Notes under the pieces: model-generated | Database searches by the model: none | Told to the model about the DNA's origin: nothing | What the model saw: only the letters and a program-made list of their open reading frames with translations | Part shown: positions 1 to 14,415 of the stretch, piece by piece | Layout: each line of letters begins with the position of its first letter | How positions within the stretch are numbered: the stretch's first letter is position 1 | NCBI GenBank assembly: GCA_951406725.2 | Contig: OX597823.1 | Location: 11,780,001 to 11,844,000 of the forward strand | Direction: 5' to 3' | DNA length: 64,000 nt | Source: Octopus vulgaris | Lineage: Eukaryota | Translations under genes and position numbers: made by a program

Positions 1-175
1 TGCAAGGTCATATCTTGATATGAAATCATGTCGTGCACATATGGTTGTGATGCCTGTGTCTGGTGTACCCTTATCAGACGAGTAGTCATGATAGGTATAC
101 TGGGCTTCGTATATTTTACCCCAGTGTCACTTTGATGTCATGTGCTGCTCTCTCACTCAATAATAATAATAATAA
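1..175 (+). mobile_element. Probable 3' end of a non-LTR retrotransposon with an (AAT)n tail
   Basis: Mixed-composition segment ending CTCTCTCACTC directly followed by (AAT)5 and (GAT)n. No ORF visible, family not assigned. Confidence 0.35.
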
Positions 176-919
176 TGATGATGATGATGATTGTGATATT
201 GTGTACATCCATCTCTGCGTTTATATTCTGTAAATTACGATAAGTGTCTTCTTTCAGGATATCAATATGGCGCTATATTTTAGAAATGTCGTTTGTTCGT
301 TTGCGCATAATCTCTGAAATACAAAAAACAAAAACTGATTCCGAGCAAAAACTAACTTTTTTTTAAAATTACACCGTGTCATTCATGTTTATAAATCTTA
401 CTTAGCGTAACATATGTGACATATGTTCATTTACAATGTCAGATGTGAGAAATGGCTTGGAATTTTGAACATGGAATGTTCTTCTTCAATACGCAGGCCT
501 CAGCAAGGATTTTTTTTATGCAAGACTCTAAAAAATATGTTTCGTATGTAGCAAGCTTCTTCTAATCAATCCACCGATTTTGCCCCAGCGGAAAAAAAAA
601 CAAAAAGAAAAACAAAGGCCGATGAAGCGCGATAACAGCGCCATCTCCGGTGAACTAAAAATGTCAAAATCCCGAGCAAACACTACCAAAAGATATTTTG
701 TCCGCTCTGTTCCCAATTCTGCCAATTTACTGCTCTGCACAGGTACGTTATTATATCGATCCCGGGAAGATTAAAAGTTGAAATAATCGTAGTTTGCTTT
801 CTTTTCATTTCTTTCTCTTTTCTAGTGGGTGGGGAGATTCTAGGTTCCCTGCAAATGTACATCCGTCGCTTGCTGTATATTTAGTAGAATTAAAGAATGG
901 CAATTGTTAGTACAAATAT

Positions 920-1356
920 TTCAAATTTTGACACAAGGCCAACAGTTTCAAAGGGGGGAAAAGTCGATGTAATCGACTTCAGCGTTCAGCTGGTACTTAT
1001 TTTATCGACCCCGAAAGAATGTCAAGCAAAGCCAACCTTGGCGGAATTTGAACTCGGAACATAAAAACGGACGAAATACCGCTAAGCAATTTGCCCAGCT
1101 TGCTAGCGATTCTGCCTGCATGTCGCCTTAGTGCAAATATCGAGTTCAAATTTTAGCATAAGGCCAGAAATTTCAAGGGTGGAGCTAAGTCTATTACATC
1201 GACCCTGGTGTTTCACTGGTACTTAATTTATCGACCCCGAAAGGATGAAAGACAAAGTCGACCTCGGTGGAGTTTGAACTGGGAAGGCAAAGATGAACGA
1301 ACTACTGCTTAAGCATTTTGCCCGTCGTGCTGACCATTCTGCCAGCTCGCCGCCTT
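920..1356 (-). mobile_element. Two adjacent degenerate family B SINEs (tRNA head plus Deu/Nin-like core, older tail type)
   Basis: Reverse complement carries AGGCGGCGAGCTGGCAGAA...GTTCAAA (B box)...GTCGACTTTGYCTTTCATCCTTTCGGGGTCGATAAA.TAAGTACCAG twice (~920-1129 and ~1145-1356). Confidence 0.8.
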
Positions 1357-2638
1357 CCGTAGTTTGTAATATTGAGACGAAACTCTACGTAAGAGATCCT
1401 GACTCAGAAATGGCTGTTAAATTTGTTTCAAAGAAATATTTGCATGTTAAAAAAAGCACCCATACAAAACGTATAATGCAATTTAAAAAGGTCCAAACGT
1501 TTCCAGTGAATAGAAGACTAAAATGATACAAAATTAATCGCCATTTTCATATTTACTTTAGATTTCATCACCAGATCGCTCATAAATCATTACGCCTTGC
1601 TCGGGAACAAAATTTGCTTCGTGGGGTGCAAACCCAGACCTCAAAACTTTTACAAATAAGGTCGTGCTTTTTTTTTATTTATTTATGTTCCTTGTTCTTT
1701 GAGAAGAAACTGAATTCAAGGTACTTTTTACTGATCACGTTTTACGCACTGTTTTCTAAACCTGAGAAAAGTAAGCAGAGGTGTAGATATTGATTTGGCA
1801 CCACCTGCACCCCCAGTTCCCGGGCCCATGCGCCTCTGATATATATTATTTCTTATACAAGATTAGATTTCACAAATTTCAATTTGTTAACAAAGTTTCT
1901 GTCTCCTGGTTTCTGTTATACTTTGCCTAAAGTAAGCTAGACATTTTATCAAAAGCCCATATTAGTCCTAGATAACACAAAACGACTAGAGAATGATTGT
2001 TGGGTTGCACTTTTACTTTTAATGTCGACGAATAGACTTGGTTGATCTTGTAATCAAATATGCTAATTCTGCGAACGTACTTTAGGTAAATTGTACAACA
2101 TCAGCTGGCAGTGACGATGTCTGAAAGTTTTAGTCATTTCTTAATCCTTCGTATTCACAGTAGATTATGTTCTCGGGTTTCAATTTCCGTCTTCCTGAAG
2201 GAGTGTCGTATCCTGTGTTAAACTTCAAAGGACATAAGGACCTGTAAATGTCTTCTAGAACCCTGGTATATTTCTCAATCAGCCAATCATATTACTAATT
2301 GCTTGGTTTCTAACTCGCATTCTTCTTTGTATATAAATCGTTAGAAATTCGTTCGTATATGTGTGAATATGAATAGATGTATGTACTTGAATACGATGTG
2401 GACATGTGTGTTTCTGGGGTGTGTGTGTGCGTATGTGACGAGGCCGTTGACTTTCAAGTCAAACTTTAAAATCACTATCAACCTTTTTTCCTTGTGAAAA
2501 TAAATGTAATACTTTATGTGGCCCTTCACTTAAATTCTGACTAGTTTTATATGTAACTATACGTAAATAAACACCTACACATATGTATACAAGTGTGTAT
2601 GAGTGTGTATGTATGGTCGGATGAATCTATGTATATGA

Positions 2639-2669
<31 letters not shown>

Positions 2670-3240
2670 AGTTAATGCATTTTATTTAGCAGCTATCCAA
2701 TATCCACAGCTGTTCTGAGAACTGAATCTTGTGACCAAATATATTTATAATCCAAGTAATAACTACTTGCTTCCGCTTTCTTTAATTTAAGGTGACGTCA
2801 CGTCTGTGTCACTGGCTTCAAACCAGCCGATGTACTCCTGTACGCCAGTGGTGTTCTGATTATAATGCAATGAGCTTTTCCAGAATTTTTTTTCAGACTA
2901 TTTACACAAATATATTTTTTCTGTAGGCAACCTAAGATTCGTCTTTAGAGCGCCAGAAAGAAATAACTTAGACAGATATGTTGTAGGTCCTCTGCAAACT
3001 TCAAGACCTTTATTGAGGTGAAGTGTTACTCATATGTCTGTGATAGTCCAACAACACGACTTCATCAATATGTAAAGGAAGGACATTCAGCTGACAGGTA
3101 AAGAATCACTCAGTAACACACCGTAGCTATTGGTTCGCTGGCAATGAGTTTAATTCTTGCACTCCTTTTAGTAATTCTACAGCACACTCTACTCTTCTGG
3201 AGTAGCTAACTGCATACCTTCTCTACTCAGGTTTATCTGA

Positions 3241-3467
3241 CTCTCTCTCTCTTTCTCTGTCTGTCTCTCTCTCTCTAACTGACTCGTTCTCTCTCTCTCT
3301 CTCTCAATCACTCATTCTCTCTTTCTCTCACTCATTCTCTCTCTCTCACTCATTCTCTCTCTCTCACTCATTCTCTCTCTCTCACTCATTCTCTCTCTCA
3401 CTCATTCTCTCTCATTCATTCTCTCTCTCACTCATTCTCTCTCACTCATTATCTCTCTCACTCATTT

Positions 3468-3519
<52 letters not shown>

Positions 3520-3520
3520 A

Positions 3521-3585
<65 letters not shown>
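3241..3585. repeat. (CT)n / CTCACTCATT compound microsatellite
   Basis: Read directly. Explains the ER-repeat ORF 3442-3657. Confidence 0.95.
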
Positions 3586-3588
<3 letters not shown>

Positions 3589-4239
3589 CGCTCGTTCCCT
3601 CGCGTTCGGCATCCTATTCCGCGTCTCCTCTCTCAGAATCCACACGAAACGTTTCAAACAGTTTTTCGCGACCGTTTGGTATCACTCAACGAAGAAACCT
3701 TTACGTGATCTACCGACCTGCCAGAAATTCCAGCTAAATCTCACTCAAATCACTTTCAACCTTTCAAATAAAGAAAGAATACTTTGGATTAGAATATTTT
3801 CGCTTCGGTGCAATCGGCCTCATTCTCTTAATATCCCATATTTCTCACATTCCCTTTTAAAATTCTTACATAAAAAGACGGAATGGTCACAGTTGGAATG
3901 CCTTTGTTCCATTATGGTTGACCTGGCGCTAAATATATACACATCCTTACGCACCCTTAAAATGAAGGGACAGTCACAGCTGACATGTACTTGACCCTAT
4001 ATCTGCTCAATGAGGGTTGACCTAGGGCTAAACAACACTGATTCGCAGTTCACTTATTTATTGTTCACAAACACCAAGACTACCCTTAGCTGCACATGGA
4101 GTCCTAGAAGAAGCTACAGACACTGCTCTTCTTTCTCAGATTAACAAACAGAGATGCAGTTCTCTCTGTCAAGTATTGTCGTTATCAAGACTGTTATACG
4201 ACTATAGTACCATATCAAAGTATTTGTGTCTGATGTTGT

Positions 4240-4395
4240 TGTTTAGTTTCAGGTCAACCCGAATCAAGCAGATCTATGGATAAAAATCGTTCCAGAAGGA
4301 ACCATCCTTTTGAAATAGTAAGATGTAATCTGAAGGAGATTTGGCTGCTGTTTCTAGAAGACCGAGCAATCACATAAAGGTTCCTTCATTGACTC
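4240..4395 (+). repeat. Old dispersed repeat (family E), representative copy
   Basis: Motifs CAGGTCAACCC..ATCRAGCAGA.CTATG...ACCATCC and GGAGATTTGGCTGCT.TTTCTAG recur, degenerate, at ~8860-9000 (-), 16290-16385, 32520-32710, 39190-39370 and 44170-44350. Confidence 0.55.
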
Positions 4396-6961
4396 TTGTG
4401 GCTGATATATATCATATTGTTTATTCAAGTGAAGACACAGAAAACTTGTTAAAACTTCATGCTGTGTATAATTTAGTCAATGGAAAACAGAAATGCACCA
4501 TTCTCTGCTGCAGAGTAAAATATTACACCAGCTAAGATTAAGGAAATATATTTAGGATATTAAATGAACGGAGCCGATAGCACCGAAGCGAAAATTTTCT
4601 TTCACTTGGTCTCTGTTGCATACATTTTCCATGAATAAACTGGTAGGTATAACAACGTACATTGATTATATATCGGGCATATATATAAATGCCAGGAAGT
4701 TTAATTGTCTTTGCATCGTGAGGATTGTGATGAAGCGAGAATTAATCAGAAATTAATCATGTCAACAGCATTTGGAACTGAGGGAAGCTTATCAGATTTC
4801 ATTTTTATAAGATTATAACTTTCATTTGTATCTAAGTATTTTCGTGATGGTTTCCTTTTTGTCTGTGGGTGCGCGTATACGGGTGGGTGTATATGTGTTG
4901 TTGTTTTTTTGTTTACTTTGTCAAAATTGATTTATAAATGCGAGTAATTCGTCTTCAACTTTAACTAAATCATGAGAACTACTTTCGAATTACTTTTGAA
5001 GTAACCTATTTTGTAAAATTGCTAATAATCCTCACCACATTTACTCTACTCTTTTAACTGCGGAAACTGATTCAAATCCTCATTTTCTAGCTGAGAGATT
5101 AACAGCTTTAATTTCATCTTAAATGCATTGATATCAGTTACTAAGTGTATGAAGCAATTTCTTCTTACAGTTTCAAATTTCGATCAGTGAGTTGGCTCAG
5201 GCAGCCAATTATTATTACATAAAATTCCTAATTTTCTTCTCCACTAGAGAAAAGGCAATGGTTTGTTTTTCTTTTGTGTGTTTTTTTTCTCTCTTTTTTT
5301 TTGACCAACACTAGAACAATTTCATACAACGATTCTTTCATCGCCAAACTTTTTCAACTTCTTTTACCAAAATATTTTGTCTTCTTTTGATTTCTTTTTC
5401 TCATTATTTCCCGTAACTCAGAACAAAGCTCTAGCTTTAGTTTTACTTCTATTTTAATCTGATATGTTGTTTAGAGTCTCTTAAAATTATGTTTTCTAGT
5501 ATGTGAAAAAATATTTTTTACCAACAGTGCATCGCTTTTTTTTTTCCTTCAGATGTGATACCCGTTATCAGAGCTCGATTTCTCGTGGATGACCGGATTC
5601 ATGTTTACTGTGTCTTTCTGCTTTTCCTTTTGTTTATTTTGTTTTGCACAGGGTTGGGAAAATGAACAAATTTTCGGAAAAAGTACAAACCCACAAATGT
5701 TCAGAAAAGAAGAACGAAGCACAGCTTTGTAGCATGGCAGTCTCGACGAATAAAAGAGGCGTATGAGTGTCTTTAGCTACGACCTCTCAGTTGAAGCAGC
5801 TATAAAATGTGTAATGAGCAATTATGGACCTGCGGTGGTGACAGCGGTAAGGTCTGTCATTTGATTACTCTCACAAACTGGAGGAGTATACCAGATGTGT
5901 GTGCAGACAGCGGAAAGGAAATAGTCAAGTAGGGTATCGGCAGTATTGCGCTTATGAATGGGAGCGTAACGTACCTTTTACAACCATTCTGTAAACCAAT
6001 TTTGACCCATGCACCATAGATTTGTAATCCCAGGCTTGGGAACTAACCACATATGAAAATTGTTCTTAGGAATGGTGACAACTTCAGCCGTCTGTGACTG
6101 CAACTTGTAAACTTACGACACAACAGTAGCGATGGTGACACAATCCGGAGAAAGATCTCGACAATACAAAATATTATTGCCAAAAATTGAAGCTTCGCAC
6201 CCTCCCGGTGATTCTCTTGACCAACATATGAAGAAACAACAGAAAATTTAACCACAGAAAATATGAACAAACCACAGAAAAGTTTTGAAGGATACTGGTT
6301 TACCTACTTCCAAAGATGGGTAATTCTTAGGTGTTTGCAAATAATGTTTAACTAAACCTTTATTATTCATTTTAATTTTCATTTATTGTACTCGGCAGCT
6401 TATTCTGTAGCCTATGCAATTCACCGAAATACCAGTTTCTATTAGAATGTATTCAGTTTATTTCTATTGCTTGCTTTGTACAAATATTAATGAAATAATT
6501 ACTTCGTCAACATGTACTGTATCTACAGGAATTCATTCACTTTTATTGTAATTTGCTGCTTGCTTTGTATAAGCTTTTACCGATATGTTTACTTTGTATC
6601 CATGTACTAGTAAACACCGATACCAATGTACGAAATTTCTTTTCAGCGACAGTAAATTTAATTCATTTTCCGTTTTTTCAATTTATTTTCCTAATAGACA
6701 TCTCTGTACGATTTCGTACTTAATTCTATATGTATCGCATTTCCACGCACAAATTGTATTTGTATGTTCAAATACTTAATTCCAGTATATATTGTATTTA
6801 CATGTTTCTTCTCAAAACCACTTTAGAATCACTTCGGCTACACATGTGATGGAATGTGTTAAAATTATTTTCCCTCGCCACTACGAAAGGAGTTGCATGC
6901 TATATAAACACACATTTGTGCCGATATACATAAGACGGGTTCCGTCACAGTTTTCGTCTAG

Positions 6962-7108
6962 CCACGTGGTAAGAAGTTTGCGTCCCAACCACGTGGTTAC
7001 GAGTTCAGTCCTTGCTTGGTACTTTGAGCAAGTGTCTTCTACTATAGTTTCGTATCAACCAAAGCCTTGTGAGCGAATCTGGTAGACGGGAAGTGAAAGA
7101 AACTCATC

Positions 7109-7147
<39 letters not shown>

Positions 7148-7345
7148 ACTCACTACTGCTTGACAACCGGTGTTGGTGAATTTACGTCCCGTTGCCTAGC
7201 GGTTTCGTAAAAGAGACTCAAAAATATAAGTATCAGGCTTAAAAAATTAAAACTAGGATCGATTCGTTCGACAAAAAATTCTTGAAGTTGGTGCCCCAGT
7301 ATGGCCGCTGTCTAATGAGTGAAATAAGCTAAAGATATAAGATAC
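6962..7345 (+). mobile_element. Degenerate family A SINE
   Basis: GTGGTAAGAAGTTTG...GAGTTCAGTCC...TTGAGCAAGTGTCTTCT...(TG)n...GCTTGACAACCGGTG...CAGTATGGCCGC, matching the intact copy at 16967-17393. Confidence 0.8.
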
Positions 7346-7512
7346 TAAGTTTCACTCAGAAACCACTGATCGATCCGAGGAAATGTGATCTAATCGGGGA
7401 TCACCTGGCTGCAAAGCGAACTTCTTAATCACACAGCCACGTATATACCCGAACTGACACTACAACAAACTTGTTATTTCATGGAGGGATTAATTACTCA
7501 AAACAATGGTCT

Positions 7513-7879
7513 TTTGTATTCTAGGTACAAGGCCCGAAATTTTTGGGGGAACCGGTACTTAATTTATTGACCCCGAAAGGATGAAAAGCAAAGTCGACCT
7601 CGGTGGAATTTGAACTCACAACGTCAAGACAGACGAAATACCTATTTCTTTACTACCCACAAGGGGCTACACACAGAGAGGACAAACAAAGACAGATAAA
7701 CGGATTAAGTCGATTACATCGACCCCAATGCGTAACTGGTACTTATTTTATCAACCCCGAAAGGATGAAAGGCAAAGTCGACCTCGGCGGAATTTGAACT
7801 CAGAACGTAAAGACAGACGAAATACGGCTACGCATTTCGCCCGACGTGCTAATGTTTCTGCCAGCTCGCCGCCTTTTCG
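7513..7879 (-). mobile_element. Family B SINE dimer with 13-bp TSD
   Basis: Full monomer followed by a 5'-truncated unit. AAAACAATGGTCT at 7500-7512 and 7880-7892. Confidence 0.85.
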
Positions 7880-8007
7880 AAAACAATGGTCTAACTAGGG
7901 TTTCTTGTTGTGTAAAAGGAATTATATTTCAGGAGGCGCACGTTTAAAGGTAATTTGGAAGTAGAAGGTATATCAGATATCCAATCAATTGGTTACAATG
8001 TGTAACA

Positions 8008-8239
8008 GGCGGCGAGCTGGCTGAATCGGTAGCGCGCCGGGCGAAATGCTTTGCGGTATTTCGTCTGCCGTTACGTTCTGAGTTCAAATTCCGCCGAGGT
8101 CGACTTTGCCTTTCATCCTTTCGGGGTCGATAAATTAAGTACCAGTTACGCACTGGAGTCGATATAATCGACTTAATCCCCTTTGTCTGTCCTCGTTTGT
8201 CCCCTCTGTGTTTAGCTCCTTGTGGGTAGTAAAGAAATA
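8008..8239 (+). mobile_element. Full-length family B SINE with TSD
   Basis: GGCGGCGAGCTGGCTGAATCGGTAG...GAGTTCAAATTCC (B box)...GTAAAGAAATA. GGTTACAATGTGTAACA duplicated at 7991-8007 and 8240-8256. Confidence 0.92.
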
Positions 8240-8443
8240 GGTTACAATGTGTAACAGGAAATTGTATTTCTTTCTGTATAACTATGGAGCTGCCTCCTGT
8301 GAACATTAAAAATTAGAAGAGGGAAATTGCCGTTTAATATGCTTAAGATGGCTTTTCAATTTTATAACTTGGATGCTGACTCTATCTTCTTTTCCTGTTA
8401 ATGGACAGTCGTGGGAAGCAAAGTATTTTCCCGCATATACATT

Positions 8444-8499
8444 CACACACACACACACACACACGTATGCACACACTCACACACACACTCTCACACACA

Positions 8500-8579
<80 letters not shown>

Positions 8580-8667
8580 GACACACACACTCACACACAC
8601 ACTCACACACACACACACACTCACACACACACACATACACTCACACACACTCACACACATTCACACT
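8444..8667. repeat. (CA)n microsatellite with CT interruptions
   Basis: Read directly. Confidence 0.95.
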
Positions 8668-9097
8668 CAAACATAGATGAGAAACCATCATAAATATTTA
8701 TAAACTTCCTGAGAATTTTGAATAATTCTTTGTGTTTTTTTTTTGTGTGTGTTTCTTTTTTTTTAATGGTGGATCGCAAAGCAGACAAAGGTACAAACAA
8801 TGGCATGTAAATATTGGTTACCAAAAAGCCCTTCGATAGAAAATGTCGAAGAGTACTCGTGGGACACGAACTCCCATCTGTTATGCAAGAAATAGCTGCC
8901 AAATCTCTCTTAAAGTACACAATGGATAATGTAATCTCAGATATCATGAAAGAGAGGATGGTCAAGGCTGGAACGATTTCAATCAGAGATCTATCTAGTC
9001 AGAAGTGACAGTTATGGATATGAGGTCATTTTGGCTTCAGGCAGATGAACTTCACGAGCTGTGGTGGACGTTGTGTACGTCTGTTTCTTGGTGTTTG

Positions 9098-9118
9098 ATG
9101 ATGATGATAATAATAATG

Positions 9119-9156
<38 letters not shown>

Positions 9157-9783
9157 GGTGAGGATGATGATGAGGAAGAGGAGGTGAAAGAAGTGGAGGA
9201 AGAGAATGTCTATGAGGATATTGATGATGATGATGGTGGTGATGGTGGATCTGTTCAGTTTCGCTCACAGATCAGAGTGGTGACATTTAGTAGAGATGAC
9301 CCGGAAGTTGTTCCTTTTCGATTACTATCGCAAACAGCAGTAGCTTTCTTCAACTGAATATACGTCGTTGATTGGTTAAAATTACCCAAATACGACAAAA
9401 TTTTAACCCGAAATAACTTTTAAAACAGGAGATTTTGTCAAAAATGTAGAAAGTAAACCGTGTTCAATGTGAGAAATTACACCAGTATACAAAGTTTGAA
9501 ACTGTTTAATAAAAAAAAAATCTAATTTGCGGGCGAAACCGAACAGATCCACGCTGGTGATGATGACGATAACGATGATGATGATGAGGAGGAGGAGGAG
9601 AGGAAGAGGAGGTGAAAGAAGTGGAGGAAGATAATGTCTATGACGATCATGGTGGTGATGGTCGTGGTGGTGATGGTGGTGATGGAGATAACGGTAATGG
9701 CAGTGGCGTTGCTGATGCTGATGTTCTGGGCAATCACATTGTTGCACTCAGTGGGTTTGTCTGTATTGTTGTTGTTGTTGTTG
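9098..9783. repeat. Trinucleotide low-complexity region with an internal ~50-bp duplication
   Basis: (GAT)n, (AAT)n, (GAG)n and (GTT)n tracts. GAGGAAGAGGAGGTGAAAGAAGTGGAGGAAGA.AATGTCTATGA.GAT at ~9172 and ~9600. Confidence 0.8.
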
Positions 9784-11576
9784 CTTAACCTCATCACAAA
9801 CTCGACATCCGGCAGCAACACTGTAGCCAAAGGTATTCAAGTCACATCAGCTCTTTTTTTTTTCAAGGATAACTAATACTGAATTCCCTTCTTACTAAAA
9901 TCATAAAGACATTACTTGAGCGAGATTTCCTTGCTATTTGTCATACTTCAAGCATTCGTGTAGCCGCAGCGGTTCACTTGCAATATTTCCTCTGCGTCCT
10001 AAGTTCAAATTTGGTGCGTCTTGGTCAACTTTGCCTTTCGTTCTTTCCGAGTCTACAAAATAAAGTACCAGTCGATTATTAAAAACAGTAATCTGTTATT
10101 TGAAGGAGATTTGGTTAATTTTTGTTGTAGGTTAAATAATCATGTTGCTTTTCTCTTGCAGTATTTCTTGTGACTACGCTCTGAGTTCAAATTCTTCCTT
10201 GGTTAATTTTTCCTTTCATTCTCTTGGTTAAATAAAATAAAGTACCAGTCAAGTACTAGAATCGATGTAATCGACAAAACCCCTACCCTAAAATTGCTGC
10301 CCTTGTGTCAAGATTTGATAGAATTTTGCTTGTTTTCAGTCATTGTTGGGGATGTAGTCATTAATATTGACGCCACTACTTTCGTATATATTTAATCGAG
10401 TTTCCGCCAGTCCACCGACTTGACTAGTACTTTATTTAATCGAATCCAAAAGGATGAAAGGTAAAGTTGACCTCTGTGGGATTTGAACTTCAGATAGCAT
10501 AAAGTCAGAACAAATACTGCGAGCTATTCTTTCCGGCGTTCTAACAACTCTGCCAATTTACCGCTCAGAAACATATGATCACAAACAACTCAAAAACGAT
10601 TTTCTTTTTCAATGATGTGCGTGTGTGTGTGTGTGTGAAAGAGGGAGAGAGAGAGGGAGAGAGAGAGAGAAATAGGAAGAATGAGAAAAAGAGGGAGAGA
10701 GAGAGAGTAGGAGAATAGGATACGGTGTAAAAGATTGAGAGGACTCGAGATATGAAGTTAGTTTGGTAGTGATGTACCGTCTGCTAATCCCCCCCCCCCC
10801 CAAAGCCTCATACTTTCTTCGATCGAAGATAGGGTTCGATTTGAATGATTTTGCACCAAAAATTAGTGTATGTTGTATCAGTTCAACAACAATCAATGAA
10901 ATCTCAAAGGAAAAAGTTAATAAGTGACTGGCTGAAAGTAAAGTCATCGTTTGAACCAGCCCTGTCAACAAAATTCAGTTGAAAGAATGGCGTCATCACA
11001 GTTAACTTCACAAGTTATTGGATGACGTCTGGTTAGTCGCATCATAGATATTGCCCAGTTGCAATATATTCGTTGTGTTTTAGATCATATAAAGGCTAGA
11101 ACACAAAATGTACCTTATACGTTTCAATATATACGGTATCTATTTGACGACTGCTAGTTGACAGATGACCATCTCTTTGCACGCTGATATATAACAACGT
11201 CATGTTAAAACTCAACAACGCGGCACCGTGAGCAAGTGTCTTCAGCTATAGCTCGGATGAGCCAAAGCCTTGTGAGTGGATTTCCTTGATGGAAACTGAA
11301 AGAAGCCTGTCGTATACATACATACATACATACATAGACAGAGATATGCATATACATAAACATTCATAATACATATACGTATACATACTTATACATACAC
11401 ATGCATGCACAAATACATGCATACACAGACATAAACGCCCATACTCACACACAAGCGCCACACACACACGTACACATACGTCAGTTATACTAGATATGGT
11501 AGCTAAATCTCCACCACAAAATACAGTCTTTTCTCCCCAAAAAAAACAATATATTCTAAATATGTAATTCCTTACA

Positions 11577-11964
11577 TCTATGTATATAAAAGTGAGGTTG
11601 TGTGCTGTCTGTCTCCTACGATTTAAATTCCTAACTACTCCCACATTTTGCGGTGCAGCTTAACCAAAACCGGGTATCTTATAGTCGTGATTCATATCGA
11701 GCCCTTCTGGGTATTAGCGCGCGTCTACGATGAGTCTACGATTTAAAAAAAATTACCATCAATTTTTCCCATTTTTAATGCATTTTTGGCATATATAAGG
11801 GAAGTAACTCTTTTAAATTAAATCTCAGAACGTAAAAAGCTACAGTAACACCCCCCCCCTTTGTGGTTAGCCATATTGAGATGGCTATTATACTTTACAT
11901 CTGTAAAAATGCTTATATAGTTATTTCCCTTACAAACCCGAGCAACGCCGGGCGATACTGCTAG
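11577..11964 (+). mobile_element. Non-autonomous Helitron, copy 1
   Basis: A|TC 5' end, CTAG|T 3' end, subterminal hairpin CCCGAGCAACGCCGGG about 12 nt before the end, no TSD. Near-identical copy at 49508-49899. Confidence 0.88.
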
Positions 11965-13044
11965 TACAAAATAAAAAAGATGGAATGGTCATCTTTGTAA
12001 CGGCTTTAACCATAGGGGGTTCTCGATCAGGGCTGAACTAAAGGTTAAACAGCCAAACCAATATCGACAGATGGACGCAATATATTTTCTTGCGATTGAA
12101 CCTAATGAAGTCAGAGTTGCCATTGATTTTTTTTGTATCCCATTTCAACCGTGACTGAACAGATAGGCTAATGGCTACGCTCAAAGAATTTCACCGTGAC
12201 CATCTCTTGGATTTTTACGAGTAACTAATGTGTTCGTTATTAATATTTGTTTTAAATGATGGTGTGATTTGAGAGGAATTTAAAGAAGGAAGAGGAGATG
12301 GAGGAGGAGAAGAAGGAAAAGGAGGAGGAGGAGAAGAAGAAGAAAAAGAGAAGGAGCAAATATGGCTGGGTTGTAGAATCGATGCTACTCCCCACGTGAT
12401 ACCAGTGTTATCGGTTAATGTTTCATCGCTTTACACTGGTGGATATTGATCAACGGAAGGTGAGGTATTTTTCTTTGTAGTCATCGATTACCTGGAAATA
12501 TAATCCTTGCCCTCATCTTGTCTGTCTGTCTCTCCTAGTAGTAGTAGTAGTAGTAGTAGTAGTAAATTTAAGAAGACATTCTTTTTGCAATATACTCTGC
12601 AATTCCATCCATCCATGTACGAACGATCATTCTTTGCGTCTCTTTACTTTTTAGTTCCATCTTTATCGCCCCCACCCCAAGTCACTCTTCTTACTTTCAC
12701 TTTCTCTTTCTCTCCTTCTCTTCTCCCCCTCTCTCTCTCTTTTCATCCTTTTTACATCTACACTCTTTCACTTTTTCTCTCACCTCCACTTCATCTTCCT
12801 CTTCTCATTATACACTGACACACATACATATACACGCTTTACTCTCACACACGCACACACGCTTTACTCGCACATGCGCACACACGCACACATACAGATA
12901 CACACACTCGCACACTCACACACACACACACTTACCTACGAAAAGTGAGTTTGAAAAGAAACGTTGATGAAGATGTCACTTTTCAATTATATTCTTAATA
13001 TAATTAAATATTTAATTAAATAATATTGTTTATTTCATTTGTTT

Positions 13045-13078
<34 letters not shown>

Positions 13079-13496
13079 CTTTCTTCAACTTTAATTTTTA
13101 GAAACTAAGAGCTGTAAAATTAGATCACGTCACACTGTATCACACAAAACTAGTCATGTGACACATGTCTCGGTCACAAAGGACCAATGACATCTTTCAC
13201 TTGCTACGAAAGTGGAGGTGGTCAAGACCAGACTAAAGAAAAACGAGAAAAACGTGGCGGGTAAAAATATATCTAGACAAGTCAATGCGTTTGCCGCTCT
13301 GCATCTGGAGTGTTAAGTCAGCGCCGTCAGGTGGGTTAAACTGCTCGGAGTCTTGTTCCGTTCGGACCTACAGAGAGACTGGTACTAAGACGAGTTGATG
13401 AGTAGAGTGGTTTAGCGTCACCCAGAAATGAACTGAGTGGAAACTATCTTTGACAGGTTGAGCAAAAGCAGCGATTGCCTACATTCTCTCGTAAAT

Positions 13497-14312
<816 letters not shown>

Positions 14313-14381
14313 TAAACATAAAACAACAACATATAACAATTACAGTATATATAATAGGCGCTCAGATATGGAAGCAGGGAG

Positions 14382-14415
14382 GTATACGTTTCGAGCGGAG
14401 CTCTTCGTCGGAAAC
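14382..14415 (-). ncRNA. Minimal type I hammerhead-like motif with damaged stem I, in a (TA)n-flanked element
   Basis: Minus strand GTTT-CCGACGA-A-GAGC-TCC-GCTC-GAAA-CGTA-TAC. Same family as 53981-54015. Confidence 0.6.

Noticed and set aside
5652-5850. Splice-acceptor-like site followed by KRRTKHSFVAWQSRRIKEAYE, faintly like a homeodomain N-terminal arm
   Set aside because: That frame has stops on both sides, there is no WFxNxR helix 3, and no frame stays open to the GTAAG donor.
9061-9357. Acidic Asn/Asp/Glu-rich ORF
   Set aside because: Made of trinucleotide microsatellites, and the duplicated segment at ~9600 is in a different context.
12401-12440. ACCAGTGT...ACACTGGT hairpin as a miRNA or iron-responsive element
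   Set aside because: The stem is too short for a pre-miRNA, and CAGTGT lies in the stem rather than the loop.
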